A stretch of 64,000 bases of DNA from NCBI GenBank assembly GCA_963816185.1, contig CAWFJJ010000024.1, forward strand, positions 224,001 to 288,000. Reading direction: 5' to 3'. The DNA is from Thermoanaerobaculia bacterium (lineage in GTDB: Bacteria > Acidobacteriota > Thermoanaerobaculia > UBA5066). How positions within the stretch are numbered: the stretch's first letter is position 1; every line of letters starts with the position of its first letter. Shown here one piece after another: positions 32,641 to 43,658 of this stretch. The position numbers were made by a program, and so were the translations under genes. Below the pieces are notes generated by a model, which was not told the origin of the DNA, did not search any database, and worked only from the letters and a program-made list of their open reading frames with translations.

Positions 32641-34512
32641 TTAGTGCCGCGCTGGCGGCGGGGCGGGCGCCTGCTGGGGTGCGGCCGCGGGAGGCGATTG
32701 GGGCGCGACCGAAGGGGGCGGTTGAGGTGCGGGCGCTGGGACGAAGTCGGGCGCGGACCTCGGGGACTCGTGAACCGGCGCCACCCGAGACGGCGGTGAG
32801 TCGTGCGTGCGTTCCCGCTCGATCACGCGGGGCTGTGGCGCGCGCCATCCCGAGTCGCCCTGGCGCCCGGGCCGGTCGGGGCGCCGCTGGATGGGCGCGG
32901 GAGGCGGCGAGGAGGGAGAGCGCCAGCCCTCGTCACCGCGGCGGTACGAAGCGCCTCGCCCCGGGCTTACGGAGGCGGACGTGGTCCGCGAAGGAATCCG
33001 CTCGACGCCCCGCCAGGAGTCCGCGGGTGCGCCTTTGTCGGCGCTGCGGAGAGGCGCCTGACGGTAGGCGGGATCCTGGCCGGCGCGCACGACCGAGCGG
33101 CGAAGCTCGTCCAGGGCGGCGGGCGTTAGCGTGCGGTCGCGGCGCAGGACGGCGGTGAGGCCTTCGTTCACCGCCGTCGGCGCGGTGCCGCTCCCTGTGA
33201 CCGGGATGCGGCGAATTGCTTCCTGGATCGACGCTGCGGGACTGCTGCCGCGCTCGAAACGCAGAGGAGCCGTCGCAATCACGCCGATCTCGCCCGGCCG
33301 GAACGGCACGCGGTCCCCGCGGACGATGTCGCGTGCCGGATCGAGCCGGACTCCGAGCCGCCTGGCCGCCACGTAGTGCCATCCCTTCGGGTCGATCTGC
33401 CCGATCGCGACATGTCCGCGAAGGTGGGGGTAGATGAGGGGGCTCGGGCCGCCGACGACCGTATGCGCGTGGCGACGGGCGTACGTGGCGTAATACCCGA
33501 TCGGACACCAGCCCACCCAGTCGGGCGTGTAGCTCCAGTACACCCAGGCCGGGGAGTACTCCGCGCCGGGCACCCACAGCCATCCCAGGAAAGCGTCATA
33601 GACCCACGTTCCATAGTGATACGGAAGCCAGCCCCACGGCTCGTCCGACACCCACGTCATGCCCGCGGGCGTCCATCGCCAGGACCCGAGCGCGTACGGC
33701 GTCCAGCCAAGGGGCACTCGCGGTCTCCAGCAATACGTGCCGTACTTTGCGACGTAGATCCAGCTGCCGTAATCGTCGAAGGCTGCCGTGTCGTAGTCGT
33801 ATGCAAAGTCCGACGAGACGTAACGGGTCGTCTCGCGGCGGTCGGTCCGGTCGCGGCGCTCTTCGACGAATCGCGTGAACGGGTCGCGAGGCGGCGTAGA
33901 CACGTCGACCTCGATTTCGCTGTCTCCGCTCACGAAAGCGTATTCGCCCGCGTGCACGACGGCGCGGCCGCCGCGCCCCTGGACCAGCACCTTGCCCGAG
34001 AGGACGTAGACCTCGGTTCCGCGCCGCCCGGCGTCCACGCGAAAGAGGCCGCGGGACGCGGCGACGATCGTGGCGTCGTCCGTGTCCAGCCTGGGCGCGC
34101 GATCGCGCGCTGCGGTGACCTGAAGGTCAAGGTGCTCGAGAACACGCACCTCGATCGCCGCCGTCCCGTGCTCGAGGAAGAGGAGATCGCGGTCGTCCTC
34201 GGCCTCGTAGGTGTGGGCCATCCGCTCGAAGCGCAGCTCGGTGTAGCCGTCCACGCGGACGACGTTGCCGTCAGCGAGCACGGCTTCCGCGCGCGCCCCG
34301 ACTCCGGTGGAGAGGCTGTCACCGGAGAGAATCGGCGTGTTGACCTGGGCCGCGACGTCGTCCTCCGAGCTCGAGACGAGGAGAACGTCGGGTTGCGCGT
34401 ACGACACATACGTGTACCCCTCCCGCTGGGCGTTCGCACGATTCGGCGCACCCGCCGCAGCGAGGAGAAGAGCGGCGGCGAAAGCGGACGTGGGCAGCCT
34501 GCCGGGGTTCAT
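32641..34512 (-). CDS. Secreted FecR-like plus DUF6600-like protein with Pro-rich tail
   Basis: Signal peptide; N-terminal beta domain; YGSW...W.PY..G.W.W...W.WVSDEPWGW.PYHYG.W....GW.WVPG..YSPAWVYW motif. Confidence 0.78.
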   Translation of the reverse strand: MNPGRLPTSAFAAALLLAAAGAPNRANAQREGYTYVSYAQPDVLLVSSSEDDVAAQVNTPILSGDSLSTGVGARAEAVLADGNVVRVDGYTELRFERMAHTYEAEDDRDLLFLEHGTAAIEVRVLEHLDLQVTAARDRAPRLDTDDATIVAASRGLFRVDAGRRGTEVYVLSGKVLVQGRGGRAVVHAGEYAFVSGDSEIEVDVSTPPRDPFTRFVEERRDRTDRRETTRYVSSDFAYDYDTAAFDDYGSWIYVAKYGTYCWRPRVPLGWTPYALGSWRWTPAGMTWVSDEPWGWLPYHYGTWVYDAFLGWLWVPGAEYSPAWVYWSYTPDWVGWCPIGYYATYARRHAHTVVGGPSPLIYPHLRGHVAIGQIDPKGWHYVAARRLGVRLDPARDIVRGDRVPFRPGEIGVIATAPLRFERGSSPAASIQEAIRRIPVTGSGTAPTAVNEGLTAVLRRDRTLTPAALDELRRSVVRAGQDPAYRQAPLRSADKGAPADSWRGVERIPSRTTSASVSPGRGASYRRGDEGWRSPSSPPPAPIQRRPDRPGRQGDSGWRAPQPRVIERERTHDSPPSRVAPVHESPRSAPDFVPAPAPQPPPSVAPQSPPAAAPQQAPAPPPARH

Positions 34513-34674
34513 TTCGGTCCTCCGTCAATCCTATGCGACCTCCGTACCACGAGCCGCGGCGGCTCTCGTCCCCCCACGGGGACGCTTGACCAGGCCCGGC
34601 AAGCCCTGCAATCTCCGCGCGCCGCCGTGCCCTCCTGAAAAGTGGAGCGCGTCGACCTGTTCGCCGGAGCTCGA

Positions 34675-35190
34675 GTGGCCATACGCGAAATCGTCAAGTA
34701 CGGGGATCCGCGGCTCGTCGCGAAGAACGAAACCATCGGGGTTTTCGACGATCCGAGTCTCGCCGCTCTGCTCCAGGACATGAAGGAGACCTGCTGGGCG
34801 GCTCCGGGTGTCGGGCTCGCGGCGCCGCAGATCGGCGTCAACCTGCGCGTCGCGATCGTGGACCTGTCCGTCGGCAAGGACCCGTCGCAGCTGATCGTTC
34901 TCGTCAACCCGGTCGTCGTGGACACGCAGGGGAGGGTCCGCGACGAGGAGGGCTGCCTCTCCCTGCCCGACCTCGTCGAAACGGTCGACCGGCCCGAGAG
35001 GGTGACCGTGGAGGCATTCGACGAGCACGGAAGGAAGAGAACGCTCGACGGGCTCGATCTTCTCGCCCGGGCTTTCTGCCACGAGATCGACCACCTCGAC
35101 CGGAGGCTCTACGTCGACCGGCTCTCGCCGCTGAAGAAGAGTCTTCTCCTGCGCCAAGTCGTCAAGCGCCAGAAGAAGGGGACTTGGTGA
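34675..35190 (+). CDS. def: Peptide deformylase
   Basis: GVGLAAPQIG, EGCLS, HEIDHL; GGAG RBS before GTG 34675. Confidence 0.96.
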   Translation: MAIREIVKYGDPRLVAKNETIGVFDDPSLAALLQDMKETCWAAPGVGLAAPQIGVNLRVAIVDLSVGKDPSQLIVLVNPVVVDTQGRVRDEEGCLSLPDLVETVDRPERVTVEAFDEHGRKRTLDGLDLLARAFCHEIDHLDRRLYVDRLSPLKKSLLLRQVVKRQKKGTW

Positions 35191-35218
35191 GACGGGGAGC
35201 GCGCGCCGCTCGCGGAGA

Positions 35219-36130
35219 CTAGGCTCCCGCTTTCGCGCGGAGCTCGTCGACGAGCTGGAGGCGATGGAGAGTGCGGCCGAGGTGGGCCGCGAAGGCGATG
35301 AGGTGCTCGAGCTCGGGCGATTCGCCCGGCGGGGAGAGCGGCCCGCGACGATAAAGGCGGAGCGTACCGAGGAGGTCGCGGCCCGAAAAAACGGGAGCGG
35401 CCGTGATCGTCCATTCCGTGGCGCCGTCGCGCGACTCGCCGGGGAGACGCGGGGCGCGACCCGTGCGCGGATCCTCCTCGAGGCCGAGAGTCGCGACGAA
35501 CTCCGGGGGCGTCCCGCCCGGCCAGGTGGTCGACGCCGCCGCGTTCAGCTCGACGAGCCCCGTCCGGCGCACGTGAAGAGTCGCACCGTCGGCGCCGAAG
35601 ACGGACGAGATCCGGTCGAGGACGGGGACGAGGAGCCGCGTCCGGAAGTCGTCGGTCGTCACGTCGTCCTCTTCGGTCTTCGCCGAGATGTCCTGCTGCA
35701 GCTCGAGGATCTGCGTGCGTGCCGTGAGCGTGTCGAGGAGCTCCTTGATGCGCAGCGCGTTCTTCACGCGCGCTTTCAGCTCGCGGGCCGAGAAGGGTTT
35801 CGTGACGTAGTCGTTCGCAAGGGCCTCGAAGCCCTGGAGCAGGTCTTCCTCCTCGGTGCGTGCCGTCACGAAGATCACCTGCGTGCCCGCGGTCGCGCCC
35901 ACGGTCTTGATACGCCGGCACACCTCGTAACCGGACAGGTCGGGCATCCGCACGTCGAGAAGGACGACGTCCGGCCGCCGCGCGTCCACCTTCTCGAGAG
36001 CCTCGGTGCCCGAGAGCGCACTCTCGAAATCGCAGCCCAGCTCGTAGGCGATGTACGACGCGACCTCGGCCTGGTACGGGTCGTCGTCCACGAGGAGGAG
36101 CAAGGGGGGCGCGGCCGGCGATCGAAACAT
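35219..36130 (-). CDS. Response regulator with C-terminal GAF-like domain
   Basis: REC (LLVDDD, DVVLLDVRMPD, DYVTKPF) plus GAF-like region (APVFSGRDLLGTLRL). Confidence 0.85.
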   Translation of the reverse strand: MFRSPAAPPLLLLVDDDPYQAEVASYIAYELGCDFESALSGTEALEKVDARRPDVVLLDVRMPDLSGYEVCRRIKTVGATAGTQVIFVTARTEEEDLLQGFEALANDYVTKPFSARELKARVKNALRIKELLDTLTARTQILELQQDISAKTEEDDVTTDDFRTRLLVPVLDRISSVFGADGATLHVRRTGLVELNAAASTTWPGGTPPEFVATLGLEEDPRTGRAPRLPGESRDGATEWTITAAPVFSGRDLLGTLRLYRRGPLSPPGESPELEHLIAFAAHLGRTLHRLQLVDELRAKAGA

Positions 36131-36224
36131 GGCGTGCGAGGATATCGCACACGCGTCGACGGTCCGTGTGGGGCTCCGGCGGTCCGCTGGCGAAATAACG
36201 AGCAGTCGTCGAGAATCGCTCCCC

Positions 36225-37811
<1,587 letters not shown>

Positions 37812-37846
37812 CACAGCTGCGATGTTTCAGGTCTACTCTCCCGGTC

Positions 37847-37888
37847 ATGAGCTCGACCTCGCGCCACTGGCACGTGCATCACAGCTAA
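37847..37888 (+). CDS. Putative attenuator leader peptide MSSTSRHWHVHHS (4 His, 1 Trp)
   Basis: atg agc tcg acc tcg cgc cac tgg cac gtg cat cac agc taa, directly upstream of the aro-his-trp operon; TACTCT -10 box 7 nt upstream; no SD. Confidence 0.8.
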   Translation: MSSTSRHWHVHHS

Positions 37889-37901
37889 GCCGGCCGCGCT
37901 T

Positions 37902-37943
37902 CGCGCCGCCGGCCCATCGTGGTCCGGAGGCGCGCGGGTTTTT
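37902..37943 (+). terminator. Attenuator terminator hairpin
   Basis: CGCGCC-G-CCGG-C-CCA-TCG-TGG-T-CCGG-A-GGCGCG followed by CGGGTTTTT. Confidence 0.65.
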
Positions 37944-37958
37944 CAGTAGCACTCACCC

Positions 37959-37983
37959 AACCCCCTCCGGACAGGAGGGGGTT
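37959..37983 (+). promoter_or_regulatory. Hairpin sequestering the aroDE Shine-Dalgarno
   Basis: Perfect 10-bp stem AACCCCCTCC-GGACA-GGAGGGGGTT just upstream of TTG 37990. Confidence 0.7.
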
Positions 37984-37989
37984 CTCGTT

Positions 37990-39537
37990 TTGGCCCTGAC
38001 CGCTCAGAACACGCTTCTCGTCGCCTCGGTGGCGCCGGCGTCGAACGCCGATGCCGTCCTCTCGCGCGAGGCCCTCGCCGATCTGCCTCCTTCGGCGGCG
38101 GTGGAATTACGCCTCGACGCGATGACCGAGGAGCCCGCATTCGGCGCGCTGCGCGCGCGCTTCGAAGGAAGAACACTCATCGCGACTGTCCGTTCCAAAG
38201 CCGAGGGCGGCGTGCTGCCGCGGACTGAAGAGGAAGAGAGGAGATTCTTAGAAGGTGCCCTCGCTGCGGGATTCGATCTCGCCGATGTCGAATTTCGCCG
38301 CGACGTGGGGGACCGCCTCGCCCGCATTCCTTCTTCTAAGAAAATCTCTTCCCTTCATGACCTTGAAGGCATCCCGGCCGACTTGAACACGGTCGTCACC
38401 CGGATGCTCTCGACCGGCGCGCGATACGTGAAGGTCGTCGCGACGGCGAACGATTCCGGCGACGCCCGCCGCCTCCTCGAGCTCCAGGCCGCGCACAGGG
38501 ACGGGCGCCTCACGGTGTTCGGAATGGGAGAGGCCGGCATCGCCACGCGGGCGCTCGCACCGTATCTCGGCGCGCCGCTCGCGTATGGCGCGCTTCTTCT
38601 CGGGCGGGCAACGGCGCCGGGCCAGCTCCTCGCCCGCGACCTCGTGGAGATCTACGGCGTGGCCCGGGCGCGAAAGGTGTCGAGTCTCTTCGGACTCCTT
38701 GGAGGCATGGTTTCGCACTCTCTCTCTCCGGTCATCCACAACGCCAACTTCGAGGCGCTCGGCCTCGACGCGATCTACGTACCATTTGCAATGCTCGTGC
38801 TTGGGAGAGAGCTCGAACCCCTCGTCAACTCGCTCGACACCCTCGGCGTTCGCCTCGCGGGCGCCTCCGTGACGATCCCCTTCAAGGAGGAGGCCGCGGC
38901 GCTTTCGGACGCGGGAGACGACGGCGAGAAAGCGGTCAACACGTTGCTGAGGTCGAGCGCTCCGGGCCAGCCGCTCAGGCTGCGAGCGGAAAACACCGAT
39001 CGCGCGGCGTTCGCGGCCGTGATCGAAGGGACGGGGGTCGCGCTCGTTCTCGGGGCGGGCGGCACCGCAAGGGTCGCCGTCGAAGTTCTGAGAAAGAGGA
39101 AATACGAGGTCTTTCTCATGAACCGAGGCGACGAGCGCGGCGAAGCGCTCGCGAAAGCCACGGGCGCCCATTACGTTTCTCAGAAATCCTCGATGGCCTT
39201 TCCCAGGCCGGACGTCCTCGTCAATGCCACGCCGCTCGGCCTGAAAGACGGCGATCCTCTTCCCTGCGAGCTGGGTCTTCTGCGCCGCGGGATGCTCGTC
39301 GTCGACGCGCCGTACCGCGCGACCGGCACGGAGCTCGTCAGGGCGGCACGCGCCGCGGGCGCGCGCGTCGTGGACGGCCAGACGCTGCTCCTTCTCCAGG
39401 CCGCGGGCCAGGCGACGCTTTTCACGGGCAAGAAGACGGCTCCGCGAGATCTTCTCGAGCGCCTGCCGTCGCATGCACGGCTGGCCTTCTCCTTTTTCGA
39501 AGAGCACCGCCCTGCGCTTCCGGGGATTTCGACATGA
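37990..39537 (+). CDS. aroE: Bifunctional type I 3-dehydroquinate dehydratase / shikimate dehydrogenase (AroD-AroE)
   Basis: AVELRLD, ATVRSKAEGG, SLHD, GMGEAG, APGQL; then SHSLSPVIHN, SVTIPFKE, AVNT, NTD, LGAGG, VNATPLG. Confidence 0.9.
   Translation: MALTAQNTLLVASVAPASNADAVLSREALADLPPSAAVELRLDAMTEEPAFGALRARFEGRTLIATVRSKAEGGVLPRTEEEERRFLEGALAAGFDLADVEFRRDVGDRLARIPSSKKISSLHDLEGIPADLNTVVTRMLSTGARYVKVVATANDSGDARRLLELQAAHRDGRLTVFGMGEAGIATRALAPYLGAPLAYGALLLGRATAPGQLLARDLVEIYGVARARKVSSLFGLLGGMVSHSLSPVIHNANFEALGLDAIYVPFAMLVLGRELEPLVNSLDTLGVRLAGASVTIPFKEEAAALSDAGDDGEKAVNTLLRSSAPGQPLRLRAENTDRAAFAAVIEGTGVALVLGAGGTARVAVEVLRKRKYEVFLMNRGDERGEALAKATGAHYVSQKSSMAFPRPDVLVNATPLGLKDGDPLPCELGLLRRGMLVVDAPYRATGTELVRAARAAGARVVDGQTLLLLQAAGQATLFTGKKTAPRDLLERLPSHARLAFSFFEEHRPALPGIST
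38240..38350. repeat. Inverted pair of the TTC-N3-GAA motif in the AroD domain
   Basis: GAGATTCTTAGAAGGTG (core 38245) and CCTTCTTCTAAGAAAATCTC (core 38334). Confidence 0.75.
39082..39191. repeat. Inverted pair of the TTC-N3-GAA motif in the AroE domain
   Basis: AAGTTCTGAGAAAGAG (core 39086) and TTACGTTTCTCAGAAATCCTC (core 39177). Confidence 0.65.
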
Positions 39538-41174
39538 ACACAGACCGACCCGACCCAAACCTGCCGCGCGGAGTTCAGGCGTTTCTTTTCGATGCGGCCG
39601 AGCGCCGCCGCAAGGCCGAGGACTCGGTCGTCCGGAGGCTCCATGAGGCCGGCCTGCGCGAGGTCATCCTTCCCGTTCTCGATTTCGCGGACCCGTATGC
39701 GGGCGTGACGGCCGAGGGCGACGAGCGCATCTATCGTTTTCTCGATCGGCAGGGAAACACGCTCTCGCTCAGGGCGGACTTCACGCCGATGGCCGCGCGC
39801 GTCGTCGCGCCGCGCCTCGGCACGATCTCGGGTCCTGTGTCCCTGTTCTATCGGGGCGATGTCGTGCGCGACGAAGAAATCGGAGTGGGGCGCCGCCGTG
39901 AGTTCGCTCAGGTGGGAGCCGAGCGTTACGGGGACGGGCGGCCGGAAGCGGACGGTGAGATGCTCGCCCTCGCCCTCTCGTGCCTCGGCGACGTCCCGGC
40001 CCCGCGCCTGAGGCTGACGCTGGGCTGGGCGGGCCTGCTCGAACGGCTGCTCGCCGCGGTCGCGCCGGCGCTCGCGCGCAGGGAGGGCTCCGGTTTGGCC
40101 GACGCGGCTTCGGCCGCCCGCTCGCGACACGTAACGCAGCTCGAGGCGCTGCTCCGGCGCTCGGGCGCAGTCGAAGCGGCCGCGACCGAGGTTGCGAGAG
40201 CGCTCCTCGTAGGCTTCGATCCCGGCTCGATTCTCTTCCGGCCGCCTCTCCTCGCGGGCGCCGCCGCCGAGCTCGCGCGGGCCGTGGCCGTGGCGCAAGC
40301 CGCACGGCCGGGCCTGTCGGTCGTCGTCGACCTGGCAGACGCGCCCGAGGCCCCCTACTACACGGGGCTCACGTTCAGCGTGGACGCGGCGGGCGGCGGC
40401 GGCACGATCGCCGGAGGCGGCCGGTACGACGGGCTCCTCGCGCGCTTCGGCACAGCCGCTCCGGCCCTCGGGTTCTGCATCGGACTCGAGGCGTTCGGCG
40501 CCGCCACGGATGCCGGCGAAGAGGACGAAACCCCGCGGCCGCTCCGGATCGCGGTCGGTAAGGGCCGGCTCCTCCCGCAGGCTCTCGCGGCGCTGCGCGC
40601 GGGAGGGGCCACATTCGACGAGCCGGACGGAAGGCGTCTCCTCGTGGCCGCGACGGACGGCGCGTTCGAGCTGCTCTTGCTTAAGGACGACGACGTGCCG
40701 ACGTACGTGGCGCACGGAGGAGCCGATCTCGGCATCGTGGGCAGCGACCGCGTCGCCGAGAGCGGAGAGGATGTCACGTCGCCCGTCGAGCTGCCTTTCG
40801 GCACTTGCCGGCTGTCGCTCATCGGGAGGGCCGGCGAAGCCTTCCGACCGAACGGGCAGCCCGTGCGCGTCGGCACGAAGTATCGTCGCCTCGCAGCGCG
40901 GTACTTCGACGAGAGGAAGATCGCCCACGAGATCGTCCCGCTGGCGGGCTCCGTGGAGCTCGCCGCGGCCCTGAAGCTCACGGACGTCGTCGTGGACCTG
41001 ATCGAGTCGGGGTCCACGATCGCCGCGAACGGCCTCGCCGAGATCGAGACGATTCTTCCAAGCTGCGCCACCCTCATCCTCGGCCGCGCGTCGCTCGTGG
41101 CGCGCCGGGCCGAGATCGCGGAGTTCGTCGAGCGGCTGCGCGCGAGCGTGCGCGCGGGAACCGGAAAACCATGA
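39534..41174 (+). CDS. hisG: Fused ATP phosphoribosyltransferase regulatory subunit (HisZ) and short-form HisG
   Basis: N-part LPRGV, LRADFT, REFAQVGAE, YYTGL.F, GGGRYDGL; C-part RIAVGKGRL, DVPTYV..G.ADLGIVG.D, GSVELA, DLIESGST...NGL. Confidence 0.9.
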   Translation: MNTDRPDPNLPRGVQAFLFDAAERRRKAEDSVVRRLHEAGLREVILPVLDFADPYAGVTAEGDERIYRFLDRQGNTLSLRADFTPMAARVVAPRLGTISGPVSLFYRGDVVRDEEIGVGRRREFAQVGAERYGDGRPEADGEMLALALSCLGDVPAPRLRLTLGWAGLLERLLAAVAPALARREGSGLADAASAARSRHVTQLEALLRRSGAVEAAATEVARALLVGFDPGSILFRPPLLAGAAAELARAVAVAQAARPGLSVVVDLADAPEAPYYTGLTFSVDAAGGGGTIAGGGRYDGLLARFGTAAPALGFCIGLEAFGAATDAGEEDETPRPLRIAVGKGRLLPQALAALRAGGATFDEPDGRRLLVAATDGAFELLLLKDDDVPTYVAHGGADLGIVGSDRVAESGEDVTSPVELPFGTCRLSLIGRAGEAFRPNGQPVRVGTKYRRLAARYFDERKIAHEIVPLAGSVELAAALKLTDVVVDLIESGSTIAANGLAEIETILPSCATLILGRASLVARRAEIAEFVERLRASVRAGTGKP

Positions 41175-42594
41175 TGAAGATCGTCGATGCGCGCACGCGC
41201 GAGGGGCGACGCGAGCTGGAAGCTTTGCTGAAGAGCCGGCGGGGAGCGTCTCCCGACTTCGCCACGTTGAAGCTGGTGCTGCCGGTGGTGGAGGACGTTC
41301 TGCGAAGAGGGGAGCCCGCGCTGAGCAAATATGTAGAACGCTTCGACGGGCCGGGTGCACGCGGGCAAGGTTCGAAGAGAGCCGTTTCTTCGAATGGTAA
41401 AGAGGGGAAACGGCCCGGCGGAACGACGGCAGCGGCGCCCGTTGGCGATCAGCCCTATTACCGTTCTAAGAAAATCCTTATTGATCCCCGTCGCGAAAAG
41501 TTACCTCGTGTGGATCGTTCGTTCGCTGCCGCGTTCCGCCTCGCGCGGCAGCGCATCGAGGCCTATCACCGCAAACAGCTCTCGTACGAATCCGTGGGCT
41601 TCTCTTTCAAAGACTCTCTCGGCGTGTCGTTCGTCGAGAAACCCGTGCCGCTCGACTCCGTCGGCGTCTACGTGCCGGGAGGCCGGGCGTTCTATCCGTC
41701 GTCTGCTCCTGATGGGCGTCGTGCCGGCGCGGGTCGCCGGGGTGCCGCGCGTCGTCGTCGCGACGCCGCCCAACGCGTGGGCGTCGAGCCCGGAGCTGCG
41801 CTGGGCGGCGCGCGAGCTCAGCGTCGACGAAGTGCTCCTCGCGGGCGGGGCTCACGGCATCGCGGGGCTCGTCTCCGTCGCGGGAGTCGCGAAGATCGTG
41901 GGCCCGGGCAACCGCTTCGTCGCGGCGGCGAAACACATCGTGTCGGGCCTCGTGGCCGTGGACATGCCGGCCGGGCCTTCGGAAGTTCTCATCGTCGCGT
42001 CTCGCGACGCGGACCCGTCGCTCGTCGCCGCGGATCTCCTCGCGCAGGCCGAGCACGACCCGGACGCAAGCTGCCTGCTGTTCACGGATTCGAGAGAGCC
42101 TCGCTGCCGACGTGCGGGTCGAAGCGTGTCGCTGCAAATTGGGAGCCTCGAATTCGGACCTTTCTTCGAAAGTGAATGCAGCCACGGCGCGCGCCGCGCT
42201 GCTTCGGCGATGGCCGAATCTTCATTTTCAAAGAAATCTCTCGCGCCCTCGCTTTCGGCCGGCTCAAAGGTCGCCGCCGAGCACGTGCAGTTGATGGGCC
42301 GGAGTCCGCGGAGGGTCTCGCCCTGCGCTGCTCCCGACCGCCGGCGCGCTTTTCATCGGCTCGTCGACGCCGACCGCTCTCGGCGACTACCTCGCCGGCC
42401 CGAACCATGTGCTCCCGACGGGGGGCGCGGCGCGCAGCTTCTCGGGCCTCTCCGTGCGCGACTTCCTGCGCTGGGGCCGCTCCATGAAAGTGCCCGCGAG
42501 CGCAGCGCGCCGGCTCGCGCCTCCGGCCGCAGTTCTCGCGCGGTTCGAAGGCCTCGCGGCGCACGCGCGCTCTCTCGATCGGAGGGCGTCATGA
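41171..42594 (+). CDS. hisD: Histidinol dehydrogenase with apparent frameshifts (near 41703 and within 42090-42350)
   Basis: VGVYVPGGRA.YPSS / LLMGVVPARVAGV, KIVGPGN.FV, DMPAGPSE, AQAEHD, AEHVQL, GDYLAGPNHVLPT spread over three frames. Confidence 0.88.
41382..41478. repeat. Inverted pair of the TTC-N3-GAA motif spanning an in-frame insertion in hisD
   Basis: GTTTCTTCGAATGGTAAAGAGGGG (core 41386) and GCCCTATTACCGTTCTAAGAAAATCC (core 41464). Confidence 0.8.
42158..42241. repeat. Second inverted pair of the motif in hisD
   Basis: TTTCTTCGAAAGTGAATG (core 42162) and TCTTCATTTTCAAAGAAATCTC (core 42227). Confidence 0.7.
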
Positions 42595-43658
42595 CGGGCC
42601 GGACGGTGCCGGTCCGTGAGGAGATCCGGGCGCTCGGCGCGTATCGGCTCGTTCCCGAGGACGCGCCGCCTCTCCGCGCAAAGCTGGATTTCAACGAGTC
42701 GCCTTTCGAGGTCCCGGAGGAGATCCGCGCCGAGGTTCTCACGCGCCTTTCCGAGAAGAGGTGGGGCCGCTATCCGGAGTTCGGAGCGCCGCGCCTGAAA
42801 AGAGCGGTCGCGGACGCGATCGGCCGCCGGCCCGAGGAGATCGTCGTCGGAAACGGCTCGGGAGAGGTGATCCTGGCCGCCGTCTCCGTGTTCGCGGGCG
42901 GAGGGTCGCTCGTGCTTCCGACGCCCACGTTCTCGCTCTACGGGCAGATCGCCGCGATCGCGGCCGCGCGCGTCACGGACATCCCGCGAACGGGCCCGGA
43001 TTTCGCGCTGGCCGAAGGTGCGTTCCTCACGGCTTCGGAGCAGCCGGGAGCCGTTCCGCTCGTGTGCTCGCCGAACAATCCGACCGGCGGCGTCGTCGGG
43101 AGGGATTTCCTCGAGCTCTTGCTCGACGCCGCTCCCGTCGTCCTCGTCGATCAGGCGTACGTGGATTTCGCCGAGGCCGGGGACGATGCGCTGCCGCTCG
43201 TCGGCCCGCGTGCGAATCTCGTCGTCTTCCGCACGTTGTCGAAGGCCTACGCGGCGGCGGGGTTTCGAATCGGATACGCGGTCGCGGTGCCCGATCTCGT
43301 CCTCGAGATCGAGAAGGCGATCCTGCCCTTCAGCGTCGACCTCGCGGCCGAGGAGCTGGCCATCGCCGTTCTCTCCCATCCCGAGATCTCGCGCGAGCAC
43401 GTGAGGCGGATCGTGGCCGAACGCGAGCGAGTCGCCGAGGCGCTTCGCGCCGCGGGTGCCGTCGTCGCGCCCTCGCGCTCGAACTTCCTGTTCGTGCGCC
43501 CCCCGGGAGACGATGCCGCGCTCGTGCGCCGCGGCTTGCTCGATCGGGGCATCCTGGTACGCGACATGACCTCGGCCGCGCCGGGGCGGCTGAGGGTGTC
43601 GATCGGGTCGCGGGCGGAGAACGACGTCTTCCTCGAGGCGTTCCAGGAGGTGATATGA
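42591..43658 (+). CDS. hisC: Histidinol-phosphate aminotransferase
   Basis: KLDFNESP, VGNGSGE, CSPNNPTG, VDQAY, RTLSKAY.AAG.RIGY. Confidence 0.93.
   Translation: MTGRTVPVREEIRALGAYRLVPEDAPPLRAKLDFNESPFEVPEEIRAEVLTRLSEKRWGRYPEFGAPRLKRAVADAIGRRPEEIVVGNGSGEVILAAVSVFAGGGSLVLPTPTFSLYGQIAAIAAARVTDIPRTGPDFALAEGAFLTASEQPGAVPLVCSPNNPTGGVVGRDFLELLLDAAPVVLVDQAYVDFAEAGDDALPLVGPRANLVVFRTLSKAYAAAGFRIGYAVAVPDLVLEIEKAILPFSVDLAAEELAIAVLSHPEISREHVRRIVAERERVAEALRAAGAVVAPSRSNFLFVRPPGDDAALVRRGLLDRGILVRDMTSAAPGRLRVSIGSRAENDVFLEAFQEVI

Noticed and set aside
41355-43658. 767-aa HisD-HisC fusion ORF
   Set aside because: It is an artefact of the hisD frameshifts. The HisD C-terminus is in another frame ending at 42594, and hisC starts at ATG 42591 after GGAGGG.
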